A stretch of 64,000 nucleotides of DNA from an uncultured Candidatus Poseidoniales archaeon (GCA_902511005.1 CABXDN010000004.1:28404-92403); one strand, 5' to 3'; shown: positions 40,090 through 49,790, numbered from the stretch's first letter. Numbers and translations: made by a program. Notes: a model not told the origin generated them from the sequence alone.

Positions 40090-41382
40090 TTAATCTCCTC
40101 TAATCTTTAATAGTGCTGCTTCAACAGTTGCCATAGTTATTCTTTCACCACTTTCTTTGACCATATTAGCAACTAAATCAATTTCTTCATCCTTTGCACC
40201 CGCCGAACTTATCATATTCTTTAGATGTAATTTCATATGTCCTGCCTGTATTCCTACGGTGGCTAATGCTCTGAGTGCACCTAAATTTTGCGCCATCCCT
40301 GCTGCTGCCATTACTTTAGCCAAATCATTAGCGCTCTTTATCCCTAAAAGCGCTACATTTGCCTGAGCTCCAGGGTGTATTCTTACCGCTCCGCCTACAA
40401 GTCCTACAGCCATTGGGCATTCGATAGATCCAACTAAATTACCATCTGAATCCTTTTCCCAATGTGTCATTGAGGTATATTGTTTTTCATGTGCACAATA
40501 TGAATGAGCGCCTGATTCTATTGCACGCCAATCTTGTCCACATGCGATTGCTATAGGGGAAATAGCATTCATTATACCTTTGTTGTGAGTAGTTGCTCTA
40601 AACGGATCTGCAGCTGCAAAATGATATGCTTGTAATACTCCTTCAATTACTTCTGAACCTTGACTTGCTTCTCCTTTGTCTGACATTTCTTCAGGGGTAA
40701 AAGTTGCACTAACTCTAGCTAACCGGTGTATTGCCAAATTACTAATAATTCTCAAGATAACCGTTCCTTTCGATAATGATTCTATCTTAGGTGCAATAGT
40801 TTCAGCCATTGTATTTACTGCATTTGCTCCCATTGCATCTCTACAATCTACAAGGATATGGACAATAACCATTGGTCCAGACATGGTTTCTATTATTCTC
40901 ACTTCAACATCTTTACAACCACCTCCGAACTTTACTAAAATTGGATCGACATCATTACACGACTGAATCAGTTCGTCTTTTGCTGCAAGAATCAGATCTC
41001 TTGATTCTTCTGGATTTTCGCATCCAACGATTTGTATTTGGCCAATCATTATCGGGTCAGTATTATCTGATCTAAACCCGCCTTTAGCCTGGCATCTCTT
41101 TGCCATGTTAGATGCTGCAGCCACTACGCTCGCTTCTTCTACTACGAACGGAACTAGATAGTGTTCATCATCTATGATAAAATTCGTTGCTACTCCTATG
41201 GGTAGGGAATATCTTCCAACGACATTTTCAATCATCCTGTCTGCAGTGTCTTCTGATAATTCCGCATCTGCCCAAGCGTTAGTCTGTTCTTCAGTCAAAC
41301 CAGCTATATCTGCTAATTTCTGTCTTCTTTCAGGCACTGATAGTTTGTAAAACCCTTTCAATCGACTGTTATCTACTGGCAT
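40090..41382 (-). CDS. mvaA: Hydroxymethylglutaryl-CoA reductase, class II
   Basis: SRLKGFYKLS, MIENVVG, EEASVVAAAS, DAMGANAVNT, THNKGIMN and GIQAGHMKLH. Confidence 0.93.
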   Translation of the reverse strand: MPVDNSRLKGFYKLSVPERRQKLADIAGLTEEQTNAWADAELSEDTADRMIENVVGRYSLPIGVATNFIIDDEHYLVPFVVEEASVVAAASNMAKRCQAKGGFRSDNTDPIMIGQIQIVGCENPEESRDLILAAKDELIQSCNDVDPILVKFGGGCKDVEVRIIETMSGPMVIVHILVDCRDAMGANAVNTMAETIAPKIESLSKGTVILRIISNLAIHRLARVSATFTPEEMSDKGEASQGSEVIEGVLQAYHFAAADPFRATTHNKGIMNAISPIAIACGQDWRAIESGAHSYCAHEKQYTSMTHWEKDSDGNLVGSIECPMAVGLVGGAVRIHPGAQANVALLGIKSANDLAKVMAAAGMAQNLGALRALATVGIQAGHMKLHLKNMISSAGAKDEEIDLVANMVKESGERITMATVEAALLKIRGD

Positions 41383-41455
41383 GTTTCCACCATTCTTTGG
41401 CAGAGCATACTACTTGTAATCTCTTTGCTTTATTCTAGTCTAATCGACTCTTTTA

Positions 41456-41475
41456 TCCGGTTGAGAGTTAAGGGG
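41456..41475 (+). promoter_or_regulatory. ORB-like element (candidate Orc1/Cdc6 binding site)
   Basis: TCCGGTTGAGAGTTAAGGGG resembles the archaeal ORB pattern TCCAGT(G/T)GAAAC-n-AAGGGG, including the G-string. It is followed by a tract with 12 G+C in 70 bp (41481-41550). Confidence 0.4.
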
Positions 41476-41553
41476 CAGTATTGTTCATTTTTATTGAATA
41501 TTATTTACTTAATGTCTAATGAAAATCAAATTTTCTTATATTTCGAATGAATT

Positions 41554-41725
41554 AAAGCGTTAATAATGTTGTTAACGGGTTGTTAACGTGTCTAAAAAGC
41601 GTTAATAAAGCGTTAATAATTAATGGAATTAAATGCTTTATTAGTTTATTTTCGTATTTTTTATTCCGAATCTGATTTTTAATACGTTAATTTAGATGAA
41701 AATAAGCGTAATAATGCGTGAACAT
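41554..41725. repeat. Cluster of CGTTAAYAA repeats in both orientations, 11-bp spacing
   Basis: CGTTAATAA at 41558, 41600 and 41611 (each preceded by AAAG). TTGTTAACG (reverse complement of CGTTAACAA) at 41569 and 41580. Degenerate copies near 41628-41640, 41685, 41707 and 41717. Confidence 0.85.
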
Positions 41726-41747
41726 TATGAACTAGTAGTATCTCACG

Positions 41748-43706
41748 TTGAATATGTCTGCCGCAGGGGTTAGTATGCTAGACTTACCTTCCGTAAGGGG
41801 CAATCCCTTCGACAACAGACCTATTGAAGCATCTCGTGCTCACGATCTAGTCGGAAGGCAAAAAATACTTCACCGATGGAGAGACCATATTCTCTCAGGC
41901 TCACCCAGAATGATATTGCTAGTTGGGGAACCAGGTTCAGGTCGCACATCAATGATTAACACCATATCTTCTCAAACACCAAAGAAATATATTGGTCAGT
42001 TTTTGTCAGATGACGACGACCAAGTCCGTACAGTATTACATGAAATCGTAACTCACTTTGGTTCATTCCAGCCAATACCTACAATGAATCAATTATCCCA
42101 AAAGTTAGTTTCTATTCTTGATGAAGAAAAGGGTCCGTTGCCTCTTATTGCATTAGACTATCCTTCTCGGGCAACCGACATCAATATTTTTCTTTCAAGA
42201 ATTTCTCCGATACTATCTAGATTAAGGGCCATGATTATAGTGACTATTACTGAATCTCAACTCCTAGAACTCGACTTAGAACTCAAAGAAATGTTTGATG
42301 AACCAGAGAGGATACCTAATTTTACTAAAAAAGAGATTCAAGAAATGGTAAATAACAGAATGAGAATTAAATCCAAAGAGAAATGGAATATTAATTCTAA
42401 AATCCTTGAATCAATTCACTCCAGCACTGGAGGAAATCCTCGCGAAGTAATCAAGATATTGAAATGCTTAGTTGACGAGAAAAGAGAGCTGGGTTATGAT
42501 GGGACTTTAGAGAACTTAATGGCATGGCAAAATCAAACACCGCCTAGTGCCGAATCAACAGTGATTAGTCCACCCTCTACTACAGAGGAAAATAAAGTAG
42601 AAATAACTCCGATTATTAATTTTGAAACAAATAAAATAGATGAGTTGATCGAAGATGATGATGATTTTATCGTTGATGAAGAACCTTTAGATATGTGGGA
42701 TGAGGATGATGATAATGATGATGATGAAGACCCGATTTGGTCCGAAAGTTTCTCATTCGAAGATAATATCGAGAGTCCTGCAGAAGATACAAACATTATT
42801 GATGTTAATCTTCATCATAGAATTTCAGAACTTGAAGAAGAGGAGAATGTGGACTCCATTCCCTCAACAGAACCCCTAATCCCTAAAATAAATTCTGAAC
42901 CTATCTTGGAGACCGAATTATTTATGCAACCGGGTACTGAACCACCTAAAAGTTCAATTTCTGGGGGTGCATTTGGTGGTTTGCGTGCACGTCTCGCAAA
43001 GACATCTTCTGATATGATTGAAAATGAGATTAGTGATGTTCCAATAACTTATGCAGACACACCTCAATCTCAACCGACCTTAGATCGATTCGTAGATAGT
43101 CATAAACTAGTCCAAGATAAAAAAACTATTGCCGAATTACCGAATTACTCTAATGCCTCTTTCGATAGTAATGTCGAACCCAGCAATTATGACCGAGTAA
43201 TGAGTGATGAAGGTGCCGAATGGTCGGTAGCACCTCCTTTCTCATCTACTTTACCTGAATCCTCATTTGAATCTGATGTGATCCCCTCAAATTCTGATTC
43301 TGAACATAAGGATCCAATCCAGTCAGAAGCAACTTTTTTTGAAGAGTTCAATGAGCCCGAAGAAATAATTCAGCCGGTCCCAGCAAATTCTCACGAATTA
43401 TCTTCTATCCCAACTGATAAATTAATTCCTAATTTCTCAAATTTTGAACCAAGATGGGACCCCGACCGCCCTTTGGATACTGCGCGTTTTTATTTATTAT
43501 CGGATGCTGAAAGATTAATTTTACAAATATCATCAATAAGAGAAATATCTCCCTCTGATGATGAATTACAAGCCCGATTAGAAGTAGGTAGGCCACGTTT
43601 ATCCCAACTTTACAATAGTTTACATAAATCAGGCCTACTATCAGTAAGAAAACAAGGTCGAACACGTTTATTCAAATTAAGCAATGCTGCTGCTGAAGAA
43701 TTTTGA
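41748..43706 (+). CDS. Orphan degenerate AAA+/P-loop protein with long acidic linker, PIP-like box and C-terminal winged HTH
   Basis: GNPF...DLVGR, Walker A LVGEPGSGRT, degenerate Walker B LIALDYP and TGGNPREVI. D/E/P/S-rich middle containing QPTLDRFV. C-terminal ELQARLEVGRPRLSQLYNSLHKSGLLSVRKQGRTRLFKL. The start may be ATG 41754 or 41775. Confidence 0.8.
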   Translation: MNMSAAGVSMLDLPSVRGNPFDNRPIEASRAHDLVGRQKILHRWRDHILSGSPRMILLVGEPGSGRTSMINTISSQTPKKYIGQFLSDDDDQVRTVLHEIVTHFGSFQPIPTMNQLSQKLVSILDEEKGPLPLIALDYPSRATDINIFLSRISPILSRLRAMIIVTITESQLLELDLELKEMFDEPERIPNFTKKEIQEMVNNRMRIKSKEKWNINSKILESIHSSTGGNPREVIKILKCLVDEKRELGYDGTLENLMAWQNQTPPSAESTVISPPSTTEENKVEITPIINFETNKIDELIEDDDDFIVDEEPLDMWDEDDDNDDDEDPIWSESFSFEDNIESPAEDTNIIDVNLHHRISELEEEENVDSIPSTEPLIPKINSEPILETELFMQPGTEPPKSSISGGAFGGLRARLAKTSSDMIENEISDVPITYADTPQSQPTLDRFVDSHKLVQDKKTIAELPNYSNASFDSNVEPSNYDRVMSDEGAEWSVAPPFSSTLPESSFESDVIPSNSDSEHKDPIQSEATFFEEFNEPEEIIQPVPANSHELSSIPTDKLIPNFSNFEPRWDPDRPLDTARFYLLSDAERLILQISSIREISPSDDELQARLEVGRPRLSQLYNSLHKSGLLSVRKQGRTRLFKLSNAAAEEF

Positions 43707-43715
43707 GGGATAAAT

Positions 43716-44012
43716 ATGTCAGATAATGGGAATATAGTTACAAGGAAAAAAGTTGAAGATTATCTTGCTTTAACGGCTGAAGCCAGAATCAAAGCAACTC
43801 CTATTACTAATAATGATGAGGATGAAAAAAGATTGAATTCCATGCTTAGAATGTGTGATGATTACCAACATGATGCTCGTTATTTTATGAATGAAGGGGA
43901 CCTAGTTCGTGCTTTCGGAGCGATAAATTATGCCCATGCATGGATTGATGCTGCGGTAAGAATAGGCTTAATGGATGGGCATGATGATGATCGCTTATTC
44001 ACATTACCTTAA
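43716..44012 (+). CDS. DUF357 family protein
   Basis: Y-HDARYF-GDLVRAFGAINYAHAWIDA-RIG and LFT. Confidence 0.88.
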   Translation: MSDNGNIVTRKKVEDYLALTAEARIKATPITNNDEDEKRLNSMLRMCDDYQHDARYFMNEGDLVRAFGAINYAHAWIDAAVRIGLMDGHDDDRLFTLP

Positions 44013-44377
44013 TTATGAATTAAACGCAGAACATTTCTTGAAGTTACTTCAATATATGATCCTCCATTATTTATCAATCTCTCTTTCAATCTCCTGTCTA
44101 CAGTTAGTACTGGCCAGCCATTTTTTGTAGATAAATCGAGTAACATCCCATCAGTGTGCCTAATTCCTTCTGGTGCCTCAATAAATTCTGACTTCCTATC
44201 TAATAAATCTAATAACAAACCTTTGCGGTGATTTGATAGCGAAATCAACTCTTCTCTAACTTTTGATAAAAGAAGATATTTTGGTTTTCCAATTACTTTA
44301 CTCATAGAAACATCTAGATTTAGGCCAGCATCAATTAATGCAGCCCATCCACAAGCGTCTATTAGGACGCAATTCAT
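44009..44377 (-). CDS. PIN-domain protein (Fcf1/Utp24-like)
   Basis: VLIDAC, V-EEL, HTDG-LL and VLTVDRRLK; conserved archaeal position downstream of aIF2-gamma. Confidence 0.8.
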   Translation of the reverse strand: MNCVLIDACGWAALIDAGLNLDVSMSKVIGKPKYLLLSKVREELISLSNHRKGLLLDLLDRKSEFIEAPEGIRHTDGMLLDLSTKNGWPVLTVDRRLKERLINNGGSYIEVTSRNVLRLIHN

Positions 44378-44381
44378 TGAT

Positions 44382-45626
44382 TCACCCCAAAATAGTTCCA
44401 TGACCTATTAAACGCCATCTGGAACCTACTCTTCTCGATAATGTAATTCTACTACCCACTTTAGCACAAATAGGCAATCTAAGAGAAATTTTTGATACCT
44501 TTCCTTTCTTAGCAACTGTTCCTACTGATGTAGCGGTAGCTGAATTTATCATTAACATCTCATTCATTGATAATGGTCGAACAGGATCTGAACCTCCATC
44601 TCCACCGGCAACCATCTTCTCTAGTAATTCCAGTTCTAGTTCTAATGTCTGCCATATTGGTGGTAATTCGCCTTCTTTTGCCATGACTTGACCGGATAAC
44701 TCATCGGCCTTTGTAGCGACAGGATCGAGAGGTGTAGCGATACCACAAAGTCCTCCTGCATGTGCAGTTTCAAGATTTATTCCTCCTCCTTTAATACTCT
44801 CAATATAAGTTTCAAGTGGTTCCCATCGAGTTTTATTTCCTTCTTGTATTCTTCTTCCTGGGGCAATCATTATCTTATCTCCGACATTGAAAGATCCCTC
44901 GACTATACTTCCTCCGATAATACCGCCTGATAGTTCGTTTGGGCGAGCTCCTGGGCGATTGGTATCGAAAGATCTAGCTACATACATCAAACCAACATCT
45001 TCTTGTGAACGATCAGGAGTTGGGATAGTATGTTCAATTGCTTGTATTAAGACATCTAGGTTTACATCATGATGAGCCGAAATAGGTATTATAGGGGCTT
45101 CTTCAGCTATAGTTTCCTTAACGAAATCTTTGATTTCATTATATGATTCCATCGCCCTCTCTTGTGAAACTATATCTATTTTATTTTGCACGATTACAAT
45201 ATTTTTGATTCCTGCAATTTGTAATGCTGCTAAATGTTCTCTTGTTTGAGGTTGAGGGCACTTTTCGGTAGCAGAAATCAGCAACAATGCCCCATCCATT
45301 ATGGAAGCCCCAGATATCATTACTGCCATCAGAGTTTCGTGACCTGGTGCGTCAACAAACGAAACAACTCTCAATAGATCTTTATCGGAATCTTTCTTAC
45401 CTTCAGGATGCTTTCCTTTAGCATAATATTCTCCATCAACTGTCGAATAGAATGTAGTATCTGCATAACCAAGTTTGATGCTGATGCCTCTCTTTCTCTC
45501 TTCTGAATGAGTATCAGTCCAAGTACCAGAAAGAGCTTGTGTTAGCGTCGTTTTACCATGATCGACATGTCCGACCATACCAATATTTACTTCGGGCTGT
45601 CTTTTAATCTCAGCCAGAAGCATCAT
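44382..45626 (-). CDS. eif2g: Translation initiation factor 2 subunit gamma
   Basis: QPEVNIGMVGHVDHGKTT, RGISIKLGY, DAPGHE, QNKID and RWRLIGHG. Confidence 0.97.
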   Translation of the reverse strand: MMLLAEIKRQPEVNIGMVGHVDHGKTTLTQALSGTWTDTHSEERKRGISIKLGYADTTFYSTVDGEYYAKGKHPEGKKDSDKDLLRVVSFVDAPGHETLMAVMISGASIMDGALLLISATEKCPQPQTREHLAALQIAGIKNIVIVQNKIDIVSQERAMESYNEIKDFVKETIAEEAPIIPISAHHDVNLDVLIQAIEHTIPTPDRSQEDVGLMYVARSFDTNRPGARPNELSGGIIGGSIVEGSFNVGDKIMIAPGRRIQEGNKTRWEPLETYIESIKGGGINLETAHAGGLCGIATPLDPVATKADELSGQVMAKEGELPPIWQTLELELELLEKMVAGGDGGSDPVRPLSMNEMLMINSATATSVGTVAKKGKVSKISLRLPICAKVGSRITLSRRVGSRWRLIGHGTILG

Positions 45627-45636
45627 CCCCTACCGT

Positions 45637-46131
45637 TCACTCCTCTTCATTGGAAGTGGTTTCGATAGGTACATCTTCTTCGTCTCCTAGAATCGATCCT
45701 AGAGACTTCTTGCCATATTCCAATACCTTTAGGTTTAGTTGACGAGTATCTGTACTAATAGTATTACCACGAAGGTTTCGGCGACGACGTAGACCATCAT
45801 ACTTGTATCTGTAAATCTTTGAATTTTTCTTAACATAACGCTTGCCTTTGTATCCGGTACCTGCTGTAATAAGTATTGATTTTACATTACCACCTTCCAA
45901 TTCTGAACGCATTGGACGGCCAGTTTTATCAGAGCCGCCAGTAATTTGAAGTTTGTAGCCATTTAGTGAACTCTCTCCTTCCCCTACAAACATACCTTCA
46001 ACAGAGTCTCCAATCTTCTTTCCTAGGAAATGATTGAAGTTTGAACCAGTAATTTCTACTGAAAAAGAACGACCCTTAGCACTAGGCTTAGTATCGTTGA
46101 TTACCGCTTTGAAAGATTGCTCACCTGCCAT
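45637..46131 (-). CDS. rps6e: 30S ribosomal protein S6e
   Basis: LGKKIGD, YKLQITGGSDKTGRPMR, GLRRRRNLRGN and QLNLKV; GGTGA before ATG 46131. Confidence 0.95.
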   Translation of the reverse strand: MAGEQSFKAVINDTKPSAKGRSFSVEITGSNFNHFLGKKIGDSVEGMFVGEGESSLNGYKLQITGGSDKTGRPMRSELEGGNVKSILITAGTGYKGKRYVKKNSKIYRYKYDGLRRRRNLRGNTISTDTRQLNLKVLEYGKKSLGSILGDEEDVPIETTSNEEE

Positions 46132-46206
46132 ATTAGTCACCTTAGACGGCATCCCGACATACGGCCCCTATAAGAGCGGTTCGGAAGCCCCTATGACGAG
46201 TAAGAA

Positions 46207-47412
46207 TCATCTTTGTAGATCCATCTCAATCCTAGTAGCAAGATTTGCAGGCGCTACATTGTTCATTGTTATGTACTGCGTTCTTCCTCTTCCAATGTTT
46301 GATTTATCGTTTCTTGTCTCAATTAATCCCTCATTTTGGAGTAATTTTAGATGTTTCCAGAATGTAGTATGGCTCTTAGGTTTCGATTCATATTCTTCAC
46401 ATACTAAGTGATATAATTTCTCTGCATCTCCTGTATTTATTTCTGATTCCTTCTTCAATCTTCTACATAAGCCGAGCATAATTAATTTTTGATCTTTAGA
46501 AAGGCCGTCTACTTGACTCGGTTCTATAGAAGCTGTTCTCACTGAACTTTGTTCGATATCGCTGATTAAGACTTCTCCTCTACCTGCAGACTCTGCTTTT
46601 CTAATTGCAGAATCAAGTAATTCTATTGCTAATCTTGCATCGCCTGAATCGCTTGCCATAGTTCCAATTTTTTCAAGAATTTCTTCACTTATTGACCCAC
46701 TTCTACAGGCAATGTCGGCTCTTTGTCTTGTAATTTCAATGAGTCCTTTCTTGTTATATGGCCTTAGTTGTAAGATATTACTAGCCCCTAATCTAGAGAT
46801 TATCGCTGGCTCAAATAATTTTAGTAACATTGAATCCTGACTTACTAGAATTAGTGATAATGAACCTTGTCTTTCTTGACTCTCATCTATCCGTAAGAGT
46901 TTGTATATTAAATCGAAATTATCCCTTCTAACCAACGCGTCTACCTCATCTAATACGAGTAAAAGATGATTATTATGAGTTCTTAGATTTCTTCGTATCG
47001 ATTGGATTATTTCACCCGAACTTAATCCTCTTTCTGGATGCCCAGAATCTAGAGATATCGCTATTTGTTGTAAAACCTGAGACGTAGAGGGGTTATTTCT
47101 GCAGTTAACATGCGAATAAGAAATTTTTCTTTTACCTTCTAAATGCTTTAACAAATCCTGTCCAAAGCGCCTACTCAGAACCGTTTTACCAGATCCAACA
47201 GGGCCCGTAATCACTGCTCTACAACTTGAATTATGATTCTCTATATGGGAAAACATACTTGCGAGTTCACTTAATTCTTTATCTCTACCTACTAGATTAT
47301 TAGGTGTCCAATCAAACGAAATCGGTTCTCTATTGATTAGGATTTTACCCGCGCCTATCCGGTCGAGGTATCCTGACATTAATTTGCTATTTATTCGGTC
47401 GTTCTTAGACAT
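46207..47412 (-). CDS. cdc6: Orc1/Cdc6 replication initiator
   Basis: P-NLVGRDKE, GPVGSGKT, HVNCR, VLDEVD, SGDARLAIELL and C-terminal wHTH with GRGRT. Confidence 0.95.
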   Translation of the reverse strand: MSKNDRINSKLMSGYLDRIGAGKILINREPISFDWTPNNLVGRDKELSELASMFSHIENHNSSCRAVITGPVGSGKTVLSRRFGQDLLKHLEGKRKISYSHVNCRNNPSTSQVLQQIAISLDSGHPERGLSSGEIIQSIRRNLRTHNNHLLLVLDEVDALVRRDNFDLIYKLLRIDESQERQGSLSLILVSQDSMLLKLFEPAIISRLGASNILQLRPYNKKGLIEITRQRADIACRSGSISEEILEKIGTMASDSGDARLAIELLDSAIRKAESAGRGEVLISDIEQSSVRTASIEPSQVDGLSKDQKLIMLGLCRRLKKESEINTGDAEKLYHLVCEEYESKPKSHTTFWKHLKLLQNEGLIETRNDKSNIGRGRTQYITMNNVAPANLATRIEMDLQR

Positions 47413-47458
47413 ATCCGGAACAATATGTTACTATACCTGTTTCTAATAATATTTCTAA

Positions 47459-48568
47459 TCACGGTATCTCATCAAATTGGTAGCCATGCTCCCAACTCTT
47501 CTCACCCAGCGATACTTCTAGCTCAAAAGGTGTGATAAGTGGCTTAGCATATTTGACAGCATCATCTATTGCAATTCTTGGGCATGCTGTATTGACAAAT
47601 GCATCTACGGGATAGAAGTCGATTAGATCAGGACCAACATGATCTAGAGCCAATAGATAACCTTTTTTGCCATGCTTTTTAAGCAGATTTTTCATTCTTA
47701 TAGCCAGATTTCTTCTCATTTGTCCAGGTTTTTCTCCAATTAATATTCCAAAATTCTTCGCATTATCAACTGCAAAAATCAGCCCCATTCGTTGCCTTAA
47801 TAATCTCTCAATTCGGCCAAATGACATTTCACTGGCATCTCCTGTGTATGGGTCTAGTAAGGCTAATGGTTTACCTGTGTGCATAACTAAACCAATGGGG
47901 TGAAAGTCTCCTGAGCCTAGGAAAAGATAGTGTCCAATCTCGGGGTCATCTCCTGAGTAATTACACCCTAGAACTTGACCTGGAAAAGTCAACCTTGCGC
48001 CACCCACTGGTATTTCAACCTCGAAGCCTGCACTCTCAAATCTTTTCTTATAATCGAATAATAAATGTAGATGTTGAATAGAACCTACTAGTCCTAATTT
48101 GGTTCCAGTTAGAGGGGCGACTCTCCCCACCGCATCAACAAATCTTTCCATTGCTTCTTCGTCAGTCAGATCCAACTCTTCTCCAGAATTCGCCAACCTT
48201 GCCTCTGCAATTGCTTTATGCTGTGCTAAAATAGGTAAGACTGGATCAATCACAGGGTCTCCTTCGTATGTAACTGGAATAAAATGAGTTGGCATTCCTG
48301 AATCAATATTCATTTGAGAATGACCCATGTGAGCAACTAATTCCACTCCCATCATTTTCATCTTGTCATGTACTAAATCACATGCTCCATAACAAGGGTC
48401 TGCTGCTAGAATAACTTTAGCTGCCGATTCATCTTCTATTGAATCCATCATCTCTAAAGCTTGCATCTTGAGTCCTTCTGGAACCTGCAGAGCTACGAGT
48501 CGATGATCATTCTCTTTAATTCTTGCAACCAAATCTTCTAGTTCGAAATCATGTTTATTTAAGTCCAA
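47459..48568 (-). CDS. dph2: Diphthamide biosynthesis protein Dph2
   Basis: LQVPEGLK, PCYGACD, HMGHS, GQVLGCN, KPGQMR and TACPRIAIDD. Confidence 0.95.
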   Translation of the reverse strand: MDLNKHDFELEDLVARIKENDHRLVALQVPEGLKMQALEMMDSIEDESAAKVILAADPCYGACDLVHDKMKMMGVELVAHMGHSQMNIDSGMPTHFIPVTYEGDPVIDPVLPILAQHKAIAEARLANSGEELDLTDEEAMERFVDAVGRVAPLTGTKLGLVGSIQHLHLLFDYKKRFESAGFEVEIPVGGARLTFPGQVLGCNYSGDDPEIGHYLFLGSGDFHPIGLVMHTGKPLALLDPYTGDASEMSFGRIERLLRQRMGLIFAVDNAKNFGILIGEKPGQMRRNLAIRMKNLLKKHGKKGYLLALDHVGPDLIDFYPVDAFVNTACPRIAIDDAVKYAKPLITPFELEVSLGEKSWEHGYQFDEIP

Positions 48569-48581
48569 ATTACCAACCCCT

Positions 48582-49160
48582 TCAGTCTACTATCTCGACC
48601 TTTCCATCGATGATGTCAATTCTTGCAAGTGTTCTTATCGGCCATGTTGGTTTTTCACGATTTAGTCTTTTACGACCTTCTCCCTTTTCGATTGCTATAA
48701 CGATATCTTGTAAAATAACTCCCATATTCTCTAAAGTCTCTAGCAATGGTTCTAGTGTCCCACCTGTTGATATAACGTCATCAACAATTAAGATTCGTTC
48801 TCCAGGATTAATATCATTTATGTAAACTGTAGATTGTGAATAACCTGTAGCAACATCAACTTTAGTTTCTCCATCCATTCCATATGATCTCTTACGAATT
48901 ACTACTGTTGGCTTTCCAGTTGCATCCCCTACTGCAGCCAATAAAGGTAATCCCATTGCTTCAACCGTGACAATTAGATCAACCTTTGACCAGTCGACAC
49001 TTTCGACAATTAGATCGCGAGTAGCACGCAAAACCTTAGCATCCATACGTGGAATACCATCCGAAATAGGATGTATGAAATAAGGATAATCACCTTTCCA
49101 AATTATTGGTGAACCACGCAAAGATTCATGTAAAATTGAGAGGGGAGTATTGGGCGTCAT
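48582..49160 (-). CDS. Purine phosphoribosyltransferase (archaeal Hpt/Apt type)
   Basis: YPYFIHPISDG, EAMGLP, IRKRSYG and PRPP motif IVDDVISTGGT. Confidence 0.9.
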   Translation of the reverse strand: MTPNTPLSILHESLRGSPIIWKGDYPYFIHPISDGIPRMDAKVLRATRDLIVESVDWSKVDLIVTVEAMGLPLLAAVGDATGKPTVVIRKRSYGMDGETKVDVATGYSQSTVYINDINPGERILIVDDVISTGGTLEPLLETLENMGVILQDIVIAIEKGEGRKRLNREKPTWPIRTLARIDIIDGKVEIVD

Positions 49161-49171
49161 GCCCTACACAC

Positions 49172-49708
49172 TCAGACTAGTCCCTTCAATTGCTCGGAAC
49201 CTTCGATTACTTTGATAGTACAAGGAGTAGGGAACTTACAATTTGCCTTACGTAGTGCATCTCTTGCAACTAGGTAATGTTCAGGAGTAGTTACGATTGA
49301 TATTACTGTCTGCCCTCTTTGAACACGTGCTGCGGTCCCTACATTCTTTCCAAATGCTTGTCTCATACCTTGTGATACACGATCTGCTCCAGCTCCAGTA
49401 GCCTGTTTATTTTCTCTAAGTATTTGATGAGGGTATGTGTGCATCCTTAATGCATAATTGTCCCCTGCTGCATCTCTGATTCTTGCATTGGCAACTTGAC
49501 GTGCTGCTTCTAATGCCTTATCTTGAATTTGACATGAGTTATCTGCTAGAAGAGAAACCTTGACCGGAAATCCTCCTGCTTCTGCTACCTTTCTATTACC
49601 CATAAAATAACGAAGAATTCGATTATTAGGTACACCTCCAGTGTACTGACGTCTTGTGAATGCCTGACCCTTGAGTCTGCGGTACATGGATGCGGGCTTA
49701 CGTGCCAT
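49172..49708 (-). CDS. rpl10e: 50S ribosomal protein L10e (uL16)
   Basis: MARKPASMYR, ALEAAR, YPHQILRENKQATGAGADRVSQGMRQAFGK; GAGGT RBS. Confidence 0.96.
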   Translation of the reverse strand: MARKPASMYRRLKGQAFTRRQYTGGVPNNRILRYFMGNRKVAEAGGFPVKVSLLADNSCQIQDKALEAARQVANARIRDAAGDNYALRMHTYPHQILRENKQATGAGADRVSQGMRQAFGKNVGTAARVQRGQTVISIVTTPEHYLVARDALRKANCKFPTPCTIKVIEGSEQLKGLV

Positions 49709-49790
49709 TCGAACTACCTCGACTTCGGCCGACTGGCCTACCGTATTTAACAATAAGTGAGTAGAAGAAACTATCTTCGACCATCATAAA

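Noticed and set aside
41380-41395. GTGGAAAC (mini-ORB-like) on the minus strand at the hmgR start
   Set aside because: It coincides with the GGTG ribosome-binding site and ATG, and lacks the TCCA half and the G-string.
41554-41725. Possible CRISPR array
   Set aside because: The repeat units are 9-13 bp, occur in both orientations and lack unique 30-40 bp spacers; no cas genes are present.
42650-42730. GAT/GAA triplet repeats
   Set aside because: They simply encode the poly-Asp/Glu linker of the AAA-wHTH protein.
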